In this document: positions 42,086 through 54,200 of the stretch, piece after piece | Layout: every line of letters starts with the position of its first letter | Position numbering within the stretch: position 1 is the stretch's first letter | Assembly: GCA_973895155.1 (NCBI GenBank) | Contig: OZ316892.1 | Location: 1,863,223-1,927,222, forward strand | DNA from: Marsupella aquatica | Taxonomy: Eukaryota; Plantae; Marchantiophyta | Reading direction: 5' to 3' | DNA: 64,000 nt | Notes under the pieces: model-generated | Told to the model about the DNA's origin: nothing | The model's input: only the letters and a program-made list of their open reading frames with translations | The model's database searches: none | Program-made: the position numbers and the translations under genes

Positions 42086-43839
42086 CTAATCACGGTTGAT
42101 TTCGTAGCGAGCATGGGGTGAAATTCCGGCACCGACGTCCTTGGCGAAATTTCTTGCATAGTCTCCATATAACAGAGAGGTGTATTTTGCTTGTTCACCG
42201 TATCTCTTGAGCACCGCGTCTAGTGGCTGGATAATGCACTTTGGTCCAGGAGTAGCAAAAGCAGCAACGGAAAGACGTGAGCTGTTCCGATTTACCAGCA
42301 CTCTGTGGAAAACACTGTGTAATCTCCCATTGCTCATTATCTGTAGGCATCGGCAAAGCAGAAACAAAGATTAATACCCAGCAGAAACAAAGATTAATAC
42401 CCCTCACCTTCAAGAAACACGCTAATGTCAGGCGATAGTCCAACCTCTTTCTAGTCCATTTTACTTATGTCGACTCCCACTCAAATCAAGCAACAGGTGC
42501 AATGGAACATGCTGAAATGTCATGACATACCTCGACTTGGTTGGCAACATTGACCAGAATCGATCCTTTGTTTGCTCCTTCTTGCGGTGGTACATCCAGC
42601 CACCCTGTAGTGCCACGTTTTTGTACCTGCAGACCTCCCACCTCGTCTTGCAGCAGCAGTGTCAGGGAGCCGAAATCCTTGTGAGCACCCACACCCAATA
42701 CTTTCTCTGGCTCGTTGCACTTTGGGTAATAGTTCAGTCGAATAATCAAATGAGACTCATCTTCAGCCTCTTGAGACTTAAAGAGGGTGTCGGGATCAAG
42801 ACCCAGATACACCGAAAGGGCCTTCCACACAACCTCGAGAATTTTCTCCATTCCTTGAGTGTAACTCTCTATCACACCCCTGCACAGTCAGATTGTTCCA
42901 TCCGTTAGTGAATGTTCAATGTGAGCTCAAAAGCATCTCTAATCCTGGAGTAATCGAACTGAGGCCTGTACTCGCGTACTGGCTTTCTATCCATATATGT
43001 ATACATTTACGATAACGTCCTGGAGCAAAATATGTTCGAGCGCGACTGAGTACACTCTAGTTACGATCAAGGCATATATACCTGTAGGCTTCGGGCTTCT
43101 TAGGAATACGATCACGAGTGGCTGCTGGAAGTGGTCTGATGTCGTGGCGCAGTACATCATTCCAGAATCGAGTCCGAGCAGGACCTTTACCGGCCAAGCT
43201 GAAATCTAGTCTACCATAGCCTTCGGTCTCTCCGGGCCTCACTGCACACTTCTCCTTCTCTTCTATAGGCAGCTGAAAAAACTCATTTGAAACCTTGATC
43301 ACATCATCGATGAGCTCCTGGCTGATTCCGTGGTTGGTGACCTGAACTCATCATCCATTTACAGTGTTGTTCAGTATATATCACGTAAGAACATACGCAT
43401 AGGGAGACAACTTGTAGAGTTTCCCAGTTTTAAACAAAAGCAAGCCAGCTACATGCTAATGACATCGTGAGATAGATGCAAGTGACATGAAACGTGTGCA
43501 ACTAACCTGGAAAAACCCCCATTCCTCGCAAGCTTGTCCCATGTCTTCGATAATTTTCTTGGCGGCTTCTTCGTCCCCTGGTTGTTGCTTATCGGCAAAG
43601 AACCTCAGCAGTGGGGCGAGGTTAATAGTTGGGTAGCCGAACTTGGGTTTAGACTCATCATCATCACCCCAGTTCCTATTTGGAATTTTCTTCTCGTCCG
43701 TGACCACAAACTCTTCAGGGACCTTACCCATGTCCTCGTAAGCCTCTACTGGAGTCTCCTTCAATTTCAGGGTCTTCTCAAATTTGGATTCGAGTGTCCC
43801 ATTCTGAGTCCCTTGTTGGGCTGGTGCAGCCGGTGCCAT
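42086..43839 (-). CDS. 2-oxoglutarate/Fe(II)-dependent dioxygenase (DOXC class), 4 exons
   Basis: Exons 43839-43507, 43341-43082, 42879-42531, 42340-42086. Motifs ACEEWGFFQVTNHGI, RLNYYPKC, HKD..H triad (AHKDFGSLTLL, SVFHRV) and RLS. Confidence 0.95.
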
Positions 43840-44035
43840 GGTATTCCCTCTTAGAAGCTTGACGTTGAAACCTTCGTATACTCCGATTGATCGAGAAAGC
43901 TCGAGCATTCACTAGTTAGGAGACTGGAAACAGCTGTAAGGCCGGAGACAGTCACGCGAGCTGGAGGATAACAATGCGTGCGAAGGCAGGAAGTGGCAAA
44001 GGATAGAATTGTTGAGGTTGCCGACGTTCGAGGTT

Positions 44036-44046
44036 CTCTATATAGT
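44036..44046 (-). promoter_or_regulatory. Putative TATA box of the dioxygenase gene
   Basis: CTATATAG about 200 bp upstream of ATG 43839. Confidence 0.4.
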
Positions 44047-45810
44047 GTCACGACGAGGAGAAGGTCATCTAAAGTCGTCCCCATCGTAGCTAGTCTGTTC
44101 AGAAAGGTTCCCTACTACTGTAGATAATGGGCACCCTTGGATTATTTTCCGCGTTCAGACTTCAGACCGATGAAAAACGGGTCGTGCATTCAAAAGTTTG
44201 GGCCGGTGCTAGCTGATCGAGGACCGGGTCGCAGGCACTTTTGCAGTTTTTGTCTCGTCTGGACCTTTTCCTCCCCCTATTTTGGCTGGACGTGGGACAA
44301 GAGTAAATTTAAACGGGAGGCGGACCCCACGGCGGTGCGCAAGCTCGTTCCATCCTCTTGCGTTTTACCTGCCCGGACTTCTAATTGAATCACCTTCTGT
44401 AGATTGAGGGGAAAATAAAAATTGACTCACCAAAATGTATAATTCAAGGAAAAACAAAGTACAATGAAAGCAAAGAAAAAGAGTTCCAAGATACAATCAC
44501 CTCACCAGAAACTCTGTAGGTTGACTTTTGTCCCTGTGGTTGCTTTGTTCAGCACTTGCCAGGGTCCCCTAAGTTTTGTTCTCGATGGATCCCAAAGAAT
44601 TATCGTCGGTGATTTGATTGTCCTCACTCTTAAATTGTCGGCTTCGATTGACATGAATAAAGAAGGGCATATATATGGGCCAAAAGTTTTAGAGCACGAG
44701 TACAAGATATAATTTGTAGGATTTGGAATTGAGAAACGTATGCTATAAAACATGAATCCAAAATATTCTCAGGAGCACTGGATATATATTATTTCCCACG
44801 TTGCATGATTTATTTGTCCGTTTTCTCTTGTCCTTCGCAGCGTTTTTTCAGATTGGGATTCCAAAAATTGTCTCAAACCTTTTGCCAAGGGCAATGGAGC
44901 ACCCTCTCTTTTCCTCGATATTTCTGTACAGACCACGCAAAGTCGCAAACTTTACACTCCTTATATATAACGATACGCAAACAAAATACTACAAAGGACA
45001 GTAGTAAATCCTCTACAGGATACTACCCCGACTATTACGCTACTCGGATAATGGCTTCCCAACAAATCTATTTCACTTTCTTGCGTAAAGTCAAATCGCA
45101 TCACGGCTGTGGACTTGTGCCACCACTCATTGACAGAGGAGGCTACCGTAGCTGAGTCTGCTAATAAGTCACATTGTGCTCGAAGGATCGGCTTGACATC
45201 GTTCCCAAGTGTAGCGTATCTTGGGAACGAACTTTCTTGAAGACCCGGGCACAAAGGTGATGGGCAGGGTGACCGAGTCTTCCTCTGTACCCACCGAATG
45301 GATTCCTTCCTTGACTGGAAAACGTTGACCTCAAACCGCATTTCGTGTGAGGCTCACAACTTTCATCATCAACCGACTGATCAGCCAACAAAGTGGAACT
45401 ACTCCGTTGATATTCAGCCAATAAAGTAGAACTACTCCGTTTAGTGGCTCAACTGGTAGACAACAACTGGTAGAGAGCTCCCAGGACTCGCTTTAGGTGG
45501 GACATGGACGAATCTCTGTAACCGAGTCTAGCTTGGTGAAGCCATCGAGGTGATCGACAGCTAGCTTGCATTACTCTGTTGCTTTGACTGGCTCTCACGC
45601 ACCACGTACACTCCCTCATCCTCTCGAGTTAGTGTCACGGTATGGGTACTGTAGCTAATAATCAAAGCCAACTGAAGACCCTGGCCCAAGTCTAGCGAGG
45701 TGTTCTATAGGCCCAACTGCCCAAGTCTAGCGAGGTATTATATCGGTCCATGTCCAGCGAGGTATAATTGTGTGGGCCCAAGTCGAGTGAAGTATTGTAT
45801 GATACTATGA

Positions 45811-46930
45811 CTAGCTCAATACCTGTGCGTTGCACAAAAGAATTAGTGTCGGCCAAGATGTCATTGAGAAAAAATGATGTAATGTCAGCCAAGAGGTCAT
45901 GGAGAAAAAAGATGTATTGTTGCCTAGGAGGTCGTGGAGAGAGAAAAAAGATGTATTGTTGCCTAGGAGGTCGTGGAGAGAAAAGATGTCGTGTTGCCCA
46001 AGAGGTTGTGGAGAGAAAAGATGTCATGTTGCCCAAGAGGTCATTGAGAGAAACGATGTCATGTCGCCCAAGAGGTCGTTGAGAGTAAAGATGTCGTGTC
46101 GCCCAAGTGGTCATTGAGAGAAAAGTAGTTGTGTTGGTCAAGATGTCGTTGAGAAAAAAAGATGTTGTATTGGTCAAGAGGTCATTGAAAGAAAATATGT
46201 AGTGTCAACCAAGAGGTCATGGAGAAAAAAGATGTCTTGTCGCCCAAGAGGTCATTGAGAAAAAAAGATGTCGTGTCGGCCAAGAAGACGTTGAGAAAAA
46301 AAGATGTCGTGTTGGCCAAGAAGTCGTTGAGAAAAAAGACGTTGTGTCGGCCAAGATGTCGTTGATAAAAAATTGTCATGTTGGCGAAGATGTTGTTGAG
46401 AAAAAAACGTTGTGTCGGCCAAGACATCGTTCACGGAAAATACCCGTGCGTTGCACAAAAGATGTTGTTAAGAAATAAGATGTCGTGTTGCCCAAGATGT
46501 TGTTAAGTGAAAGACGGGGTGAAAGATGTCACAAAGTAAAAAGATGTCTTAAAAAAAAGTAGTTTTGCCAAACATGCCATTGTGTGAAAGATGTTATTAA
46601 GAAAAAGGTGTCATTTTGCCAAAGATATCATGAAGTAAAAGATGTTAAAAGAAAAATGGTGTTGTTTCACCCAAGCTATCTTTCTGTGAAAGATGTTATG
46701 AAATAAAAAATCAAGGAAACTAAGAAGGAGTGAGTCTTTTCTTTGTTTTGTTTTGTTTACCCAAAATGCCCATGCATTTGAATGGCAACCACTATAAATT
46801 GGAGCAACATTATATTATCGGTTTCAGGTTTAGTGTTTTAGGGTTTAGCAAAGATGACCATTCTCTCGATATCCTTTCAATCCCCGTGCGTTGCATAATA
46901 GATGTTGTTTGGTTAAAGATGTTGTTGAGA
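45811..46930 (-). mobile_element. Non-autonomous Helitron-like element, copy 3, with expanded ~36-bp minisatellite
   Basis: a|ctagctcaatacctgtgcgttgcac terminus. Many units like gatgtcgtgtcggccaagaggtcgttgagagaaaa. Confidence 0.7.
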
Positions 46931-47338
46931 AATGTGTCTAGCGAGGTATAATTGCATGGGCCCAAGTCGAGTGAAGTATTGTATGATGCGAGCAGATTTT
47001 TGATGAGGAGACTGAGTATTTTAGCAAGTTGCATGTGCTTCATAAGGTATTTTTTGCTTTTGTTTGACTTGTACTTCTAGTGCACTAGCCGCCTCAAGAC
47101 ATGAAGGAACAAAATCACTCAAGATAAGAAGGAAAAAAATCTTGCATAATAAAATTTATATGCTGATTTTTGCGGCATTCTTGATTCTTGTCCACCTTCA
47201 TTTCAGTTTTATTGTTGTTTAGAGTCAATATCATTTTTGTTGATCCTCATTTTTAGTTTTGTACTTACTGACACTCATTATCAGGTTGGTCTGTATTGGG
47301 AGTTACTGTCTAGAGGCTTCACTTACTCTAGACCTAGG

Positions 47339-47950
47339 CTCCAACTAGCTAGCCAAATTAAAAGAGGAATCCCAAAATTGAGTATTAGCTACTTTTACTT
47401 GATGGACCGTCAAGTTGAAAAGTGTTGTACTTGATGGAGCCATGAGTGATCCAGGTCATTGATAGAATGTAAATCAACGATCATAGACAAAAACCCAAAG
47501 GAACCAATCTTGTTAAGAAAAGATTGCCCAAGGAATTGAAGAGGTGCCTTTCTCGCTATTATAGTAAGATTTCTAAGACTCCAACTAGCTAGCCAAAAGA
47601 GGAATACAAAAATTGAGTATTAGATAGATTTACTTGATGGACCCCCAAAAAAGTGTTGTATGGAGCCCATGAGTACGTGATTCATCATTGATAGACTGTA
47701 AATCAACCATCATAGACCAGAATCCCAGCCAACCAATCTTCTTAAGATAATATTGCCCAAGGAAATGAAGATAGAGGCGACTTCTGAATTGTACGTAAGC
47801 ATCATGAGGTTGGTTGGGGAGCAAACTTCAACCATCATAGACCAGAATCCAAACAATCCAATCTTGTTAAGATAAAATTGCCCAAGGAAAAGAAGATGCT
47901 ACTTCTGAATTGTACATAAACATCATGAGGTTCGTTGGGGAGCAAACTTT
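47339..47950. repeat. Degenerate tandem block, ~240-bp unit x2 plus a partial third copy
   Basis: ctccaactagctagccaaa..aaaattgagtattag..tcaaccatcatagac..attgcccaaggaa is reiterated. Confidence 0.7.
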
Positions 47951-48005
47951 GGTTCAGGGCTTCATCAAGCAAATCTCTGGGTTTTACTAACCAGGTTTTG
48001 GCTAG

Positions 48006-48545
48006 CTATATAGCATGCTCATCCTGGAACATGCTTTATTTTTTGTCTTGTAGTGATCTGAAACTAAATAAAATATGAGAGCATAGAAGTGTTGTTATAT
48101 AAGTAAAGTGTCTCCCAAGAAAAGCACAATGACCAAGAAAAGGTACAGTCAAACGATGCTACGATGTGTGCACTTTAACTCAAGGTGCCTTATGAATGAC
48201 ACCCCTTTCAATAAAAACCATAAACCTAGGAAAGAAAAACATGAGGAGAACTTAAGAGGCTATGCATTCATGTTCTTCAGCATCATTTCTCTCACTCGTG
48301 GTGGTGGAGCCTTTGGTTTCATCTCTAAGAAAACACATACTGTGAGAGGGGGCTACCAAAATAAGTTCAAACACTCTAGAATACCTAAAACTAAAAGGGT
48401 CAAAAAATTAATTATAAATGTATAGAATACAAAGGCTGCCCCTTGATAAGACAGATTGAAATGAAAATACTGACACAAAAATCTGAATACTGACACACGC
48501 CTGAAATGTGCATTCACCATATAACAGCTTCAAAAATTTCAGCTA
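48006..48545. repeat. Dispersed repeat modules
   Basis: 48006-48310 has a direct copy at 51512-51870. 48350-48540 has an inverted copy at 52140-52328. Confidence 0.75.
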
Positions 48546-48649
48546 TACACTAACTTGGCCAGCAAAGTGGGGTTTTTTCATATGTAAGGCTGAGTTTACC
48601 CCTATTTCTTGCAGGTTTGCTTGCACACTACGATTACTCCCAGTCAAGC

Positions 48650-48925
48650 TATGGCATGGTCCAAACTTATTTAAAAGCCTCAAATTCATGGGCGGACTTG
48701 TCACAGGAGACAATGCTATCAGTGAATTATTGGTTCTACCAACAACTTGAATGAACAATTCAGGGAGACGAGTCCCTGTTTTGTCATTAAATGCATCTTG
48801 GTTTTCCCCCACACCTCACCATGCATCTCGGTTTTCCCCCACACCTCACCGGAAGACTCTCCTCGTTTTTGTGTCCCACTTTTTCCAGGCCAGCCTTTTT
48901 GGGTCCCCTGGCTGCCCAAGCATGT
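48650..48925. repeat. Dispersed repeat family with copies at 58700-59140 and, inverted, at 60960-61150
   Basis: ggagacgagtccctgttttgtcattaaatgca..ccccacacctcaccggaagactctcctcgtttttgtgtc is shared among the three loci. Confidence 0.8.
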
Positions 48926-49749
48926 GACTGAACTTGCAGTTTTGTGGTGGGGGCCAAAATACCTCCAAGCTCTTCCATCCCCATACTTTCTCCAAAAGAA
49001 TCTTTCCATCGGGATTGCAATACTGGACTCCTATAGTATTTCACAAGTTGTGGAAGAGACCAAAACTACCTTAAATGTATTTTGGGAAATGTGTATTGTA
49101 TATACACTGTGTATATCGGTCAATAACATCATGATGGCTTATGTGAGAAGAGTAATGTACCATAGAACAAGACAAAACTTCATCGGAATTAGTGTGACTA
49201 CCACTAATTTGAGAGCACCTATTTGCAGGGTCTACTCGCAAACTAGTGTGAGTCACACTAATTTTGTGCTAACATTATTTCTACTCACATGAATTAGTGT
49301 AACTATGGTCTCAAAAGTGGAAAATAGAGGGAAAAAAACTATTTTCACAAGAATTAGTGTTACTTAGGACTCAAGATCATCCATGTTTACTAGCAATTTA
49401 AACAGAAGTGGAGAAAAATTATTATGAAAAACTGTCAGACTGAATAAATCTTTCTCAGTTGTATCTTAAGAAAATGGTAAGAAAAGAAGGAATTATTATG
49501 AAAAACTGTCAGACTGAAGATTTTCTTAAGATACAACTGGGCAGCACTGGTGAACTTTTCATGTGATTAGATTTCAAAAGTCTTACTCCATTTATTTTTA
49601 AAGGGTGTTTTAACTGGAGTAACAAAAAAGGATTGGTGAGGGGGGCATTGTGCTTGTTAAATATGTTTTCTGCTTTTATTGGGAGAGCACGTATCTTTTA
49701 ATGGGATGGTTTTTGGTGTGTCTCTTAAGGAATAAATAAAAATAAAAAC

Positions 49750-51270
49750 GAAAAGGAAAACAGAAAGGATGATCCTTTGCCCACCAAGTCCTCTGTATCA
49801 CATTAAACAAGTAATCCTTTGTCTTGTCATTGAGTACAAGTCTCAAGGATATTTCCTAGTAAGCAAATGACCCTTGAGACTAGACATTTTCTCAACATTG
49901 TAGGGAGCTAAAGTAGTACAACGACTCTTCTTGTTACTTACACAACCAGATGTGTAACTACATTCAATTGGCTGTGACTAACCCCCTAGGTTAAGGACAG
50001 GGTAAATTGGTAAGAGTACTTATAGTGGAAAGTGTTCCCAATAACTCAGACCCCAAGTGTATGGAAAATAAAGTACATGGATGTAATGAAATGTCAAATC
50101 CCAAGCATCTCTCTATTTGCATTGGAGAGAGAGGAGCTAACTGCTAACACTCCAGGCCTCATCCACACCAAATTCCATTTCTTTGCCCAGTATGTACAGG
50201 AGTACATAAGGATTTGATGTTGCTACATGACGATGCATCATTCTCCACAACAATTAGTTTGTCCTCTATCTGCTTTTGCACCAATGACTTGACAGTGGGA
50301 TGCAAAGCCGTCCACAAAGGTTCATGAGATAGGAACAGAAAAGTCCATGTCTACAACACTTGAATCATGCTTTGAATTATATTATGCTGGTCAAAACTAC
50401 CAACAGGTCTGGGGTCAAATTGGAACTTCTAACTCTCTGATACTGTATGATAAAATAAAACTATTAACCCTGTTGAGGGTAGGAAATTGTGAGGGAACCT
50501 GGGTTCTTATTAACAGTTTGAAAGACAGAGCAACTCTGGTATAATTAATTGTGTTCAACTTCACTCTGGTGTTCCAGGGTTGCCAAAATCTTGCAACTTA
50601 AGCAGGTATCAATTTTTGCATCGGCAGAGGCAGTTTGATACACAGTACCTTCAAGAATGCAATCCATGAGGACACCCTCATCTGCTAAATTATTTATATG
50701 GTTGTGAAACCATTAGTATGGTGCTTGTTGCAGAGTGATCTGATTTCATATAAAATTGAACGATCACAGAGGACAGTATAGTGGGGTGAAAGCTTCAACT
50801 TTTACCCCTGCTATTACCAGATGTGGTTGACCTCGGTGTCACACTCTAATTAGTCAATTTGGCCCAAAGCCAAGTGAACCACGAACAAGTTGTTGGGGAA
50901 TGAGTTGACAAATGTAGTGATGCAAAGAACCAGTTATCAAAGACAGAGGGATTCTTTTCCGTGATGCACCACTAGATCTCTTCAACTCAATTCCAGATAA
51001 GTCTTGGTTTTCCAGAATAATTGGAAAGTGTAGTCAGTCATGTCTGAAACATGGTTTTCATCCTCAAAATAATATAACCATCTACTACCACTTCTAGAAG
51101 CAGTGTAATAGTTTTGCCTTTGTGGCAGACCCCTTCGGTCATTGCATGGTATTGGACAAGTATCTCATTGTGACAAATATGAATAGAAAGGCATAATGGT
51201 TGGGGAGAAGGGAACGACCATGTGCCTTGCAATAAGGAACGGTTTGCACTTACTAAGAGAGTGCTCACTT
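49750..51270 (-). pseudogene. Possible highly eroded L1-type LINE ORF2 3' portion
   Basis: Only scattered Trp-rich fragments on the minus strand (TYWAKKWNLVW, IHVLYFPYTW..W, HIWLC), in the order expected for an L1 ORF2 C-terminus. No intact domain. Confidence 0.25.
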
Positions 51271-54200
51271 AATTAGGAAGAGTGGACAGTACTTTCCTCC
51301 CTCTTTCCTCCCTTCTCAGGTCTCTAAAAACATTTTGGTACTATTTAAGTTTGAGAAAAAAGTCAATCGGGAGTGGTCTCACCACCCGTTTCTGAGAATT
51401 CAGTATGGCATAAACTTGTTTCCAAATGAACTTGATTCCACTGTCAGTACTGTGGCTCGAAAGTCATCCTGGAATCCAGGAAATTCATTGTTAAATAGAC
51501 ACCTACCTTACTTATATACAGCATGCTCATCCTGAAACATGCTGGATTTTTTGTCTTGTAATGATCTGGACAGTAAATAAAATATGAGAGCATAACTACA
51601 ATAGAAGGATAAAATAATGTAAGTAAAGTGTCTCCCAATAAAAGCACACTGACCAATGACAATGAAAAGTACAGTCAATTTTTAGGACACGAGTAATGCT
51701 ACAATTTGTGCACTCATTCAATGTGCCTGATGAATAACCCCCATTTCAATAAAAACCATAAACTTAGGAAAAAAAGACATGAGGGGAACTTAAGATACTA
51801 TGTGTTCATGTTATTAGTAATCATTTCTCTCACTCATAATAATATTTTGTTCAAGTGGTGGAGCAGTTGGGTTAATCTCTACGTTATCACCAAAAAAAAA
51901 TGAATATACACATACTTTTTACAGAAAAAGGTCAAATAGAGTACAAAAAAATAAACAAGAGAGGTCCCAAGTGGACAAAACCAAACCCAAAAGAAGTGAG
52001 CAAAAGGAAACCCTAAAAACCAAGAAAGAGGAACTAAAAGAAGTGAGCAAAAGGAAACCCCTAAAAACCAAGAAAGAGGAACTAAAACTACCGCAAATGG
52101 ACCGAGGTTTAGGGTATCACAAACTTTGAAAAGTTATAAGTTTTTGAAGCTCCTATATGGTGAATGCACCTTTCAGATTTTGTCTCATTCAGATTTTTTG
52201 TGTAATGTATTTTTATTTCAATGTGCCTTATCAAGGGGTAGCCTTTGTATCATATACATTTGTAATTAATTTTTAGACCCCTTTAATTTGAGGTATTCTA
52301 GAGTATTTTGAACTTATTTTGGCAGCTTCAAAAATCTCAACCCAAGATCCAAAGTCAGCAATGGCATCTAGAGCATACGGGTCAAATGTACACCTACAAT
52401 AATGTGAAAACAGAAACCACGATAATCTAGGGCATTTCTTTGTTAAACCACCACTGGCCTTGTAAAACTATGAGTGTCCAAAATTTCTCACTTCTTCACA
52501 TTCCTCTCCTCTACAGTGAGACTTTGCTCTACAAATTTGGGAAAAAATACTAAAAATGGTGAAACCTGTGTAACCACATTTTTGTCTTGGCGAGTGCTTT
52601 TTAAGTCGGGGCTTACCTTACTTCCAGATTGCCACCCAAGATCCAAAGGCACCCATGGAATCTACAGGAGCATTCAAGTTCCATCTACACATACACACCT
52701 ACACTAATGCTGAAACAGAAACCACAACACACATATACATCTTTATACTACCTTGTCCCTAAAAGTACAATTACAGAATTTTCTCAGGGCTCCCCCAAAC
52801 TATTGTATCTACTAGCCTGACCCCATTTCATGTATGGGTCAGTATTGTCTGAGTATCAGCTTCAATGCCTATTCTTTGACTGACTGTTAGCACAGATAAG
52901 ATAAAAACAATAGCCTTCCAAAAGAATCTGTGTTGTTCCCCTTCATATTTTCCCCCTGTTTTTGGTATTCAATTTCAGTTTGGTCTTTATCTAGGGTAAC
53001 AGTCTAAAGGTTTCACTCTAGAAGTCTACACCCCAACTCTAGCTTTTGTCCGCTCTTTGTAAATAAGATACACTAGCCTGATTACCCATTCCTTGAACAT
53101 ATATAGAGAGAGACCAAAAACAATTCTTGCAAAAAAGAAGAAGAATACTATGCTATCTCCGACCCCTTTATATTTACCTTATCCACATTTTTTCACCCTC
53201 ACATTGTCATTATTTAGAGTCCAGTTTTGTCCTTATTTTCAAGTTCAACTTTAACTTATTTGGAGTTATGGTCTAGAGGTTCACTCTAGACCCTAACCCT
53301 TGAAAGTAGCATATGTTAGTGATTTATTAGTAAGATAACTCCATTCTGTCCTCAATCATTGGCAAAGGGCCTCCAGGACCTGGTGCGATGTAACAAGGCA
53401 CGTGGCTACAGATGAACCCATTGATCTCCCCCCTCCCTGTGCTCTACTGCAGGGCAGAAAAAATGTCATTTTGTGCAGAAAGAACAAGTTTTAGTGAAGG
53501 AAAATAATGTGTTTTTCTGAGTAAAAATCATCTTTTGGCAAGTACAATTTTAAGATGGTTTTGGGAATCATTTTGTTTGAGTTGCAACAGAGTTTCTGCT
53601 GCACTTGGCTGCTTGGAACTTTTGGCCGGAAACACGGGAAGAAGGAGATAATTGGGTGAAGCCCACGAGCAATGGTGCCTTGCCACATGGCAGCAGAATG
53701 CCCTACACCAACGAGGACAAAGGTGGAGTTACATCTAGTGAGGCAATACTAACCCATATACAAATGGGGCAGGTTAGTAAATAAATTTGTATGGGGGACA
53801 CCTTAGTAAATTCTATGGTTCCTTGGAACGTAAATTCTATGGTTTGGAGGACAGGTTAGTAAAAAGCTGTACACATTAATTTGTACTTGGTGTAAGTTCT
53901 GGCTATATGGAGGTCATGATTGAGGGTGGCTTTACAGGACCTTAGGGAAAAATATACAAACTTTTTACAGAAAATGGCCAAACAGAGTACAAAAGAACAA
54001 ACAAAAGAGGTCCCAAGGGGACAGTTGATGTGTTCTTTTTACCAAAGCTAATCTATCGGCCATTTAACAGCCTAAAGATACCCCTAAAGCATAGTTTGGA
54101 ATCAGGTTATGGCCCCAATGTCTTGTAAAGCAAACTGCAGGGTATGGTGCTACAATAATTTGCTAAGAGACAAGTTGGGGACCCACTTCACATAAGAGTA

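Noticed and set aside
45692-46458. ORFs with repetitive TTSFFLND peptides (also 33996-36392 and 61545-62537)
   Set aside because: They are translations of Helitron minisatellites, open in several frames with no domain signal.
48747-49292. 181-aa ORF
   Set aside because: Its first part is a dispersed non-coding repeat and it has no domain similarity.
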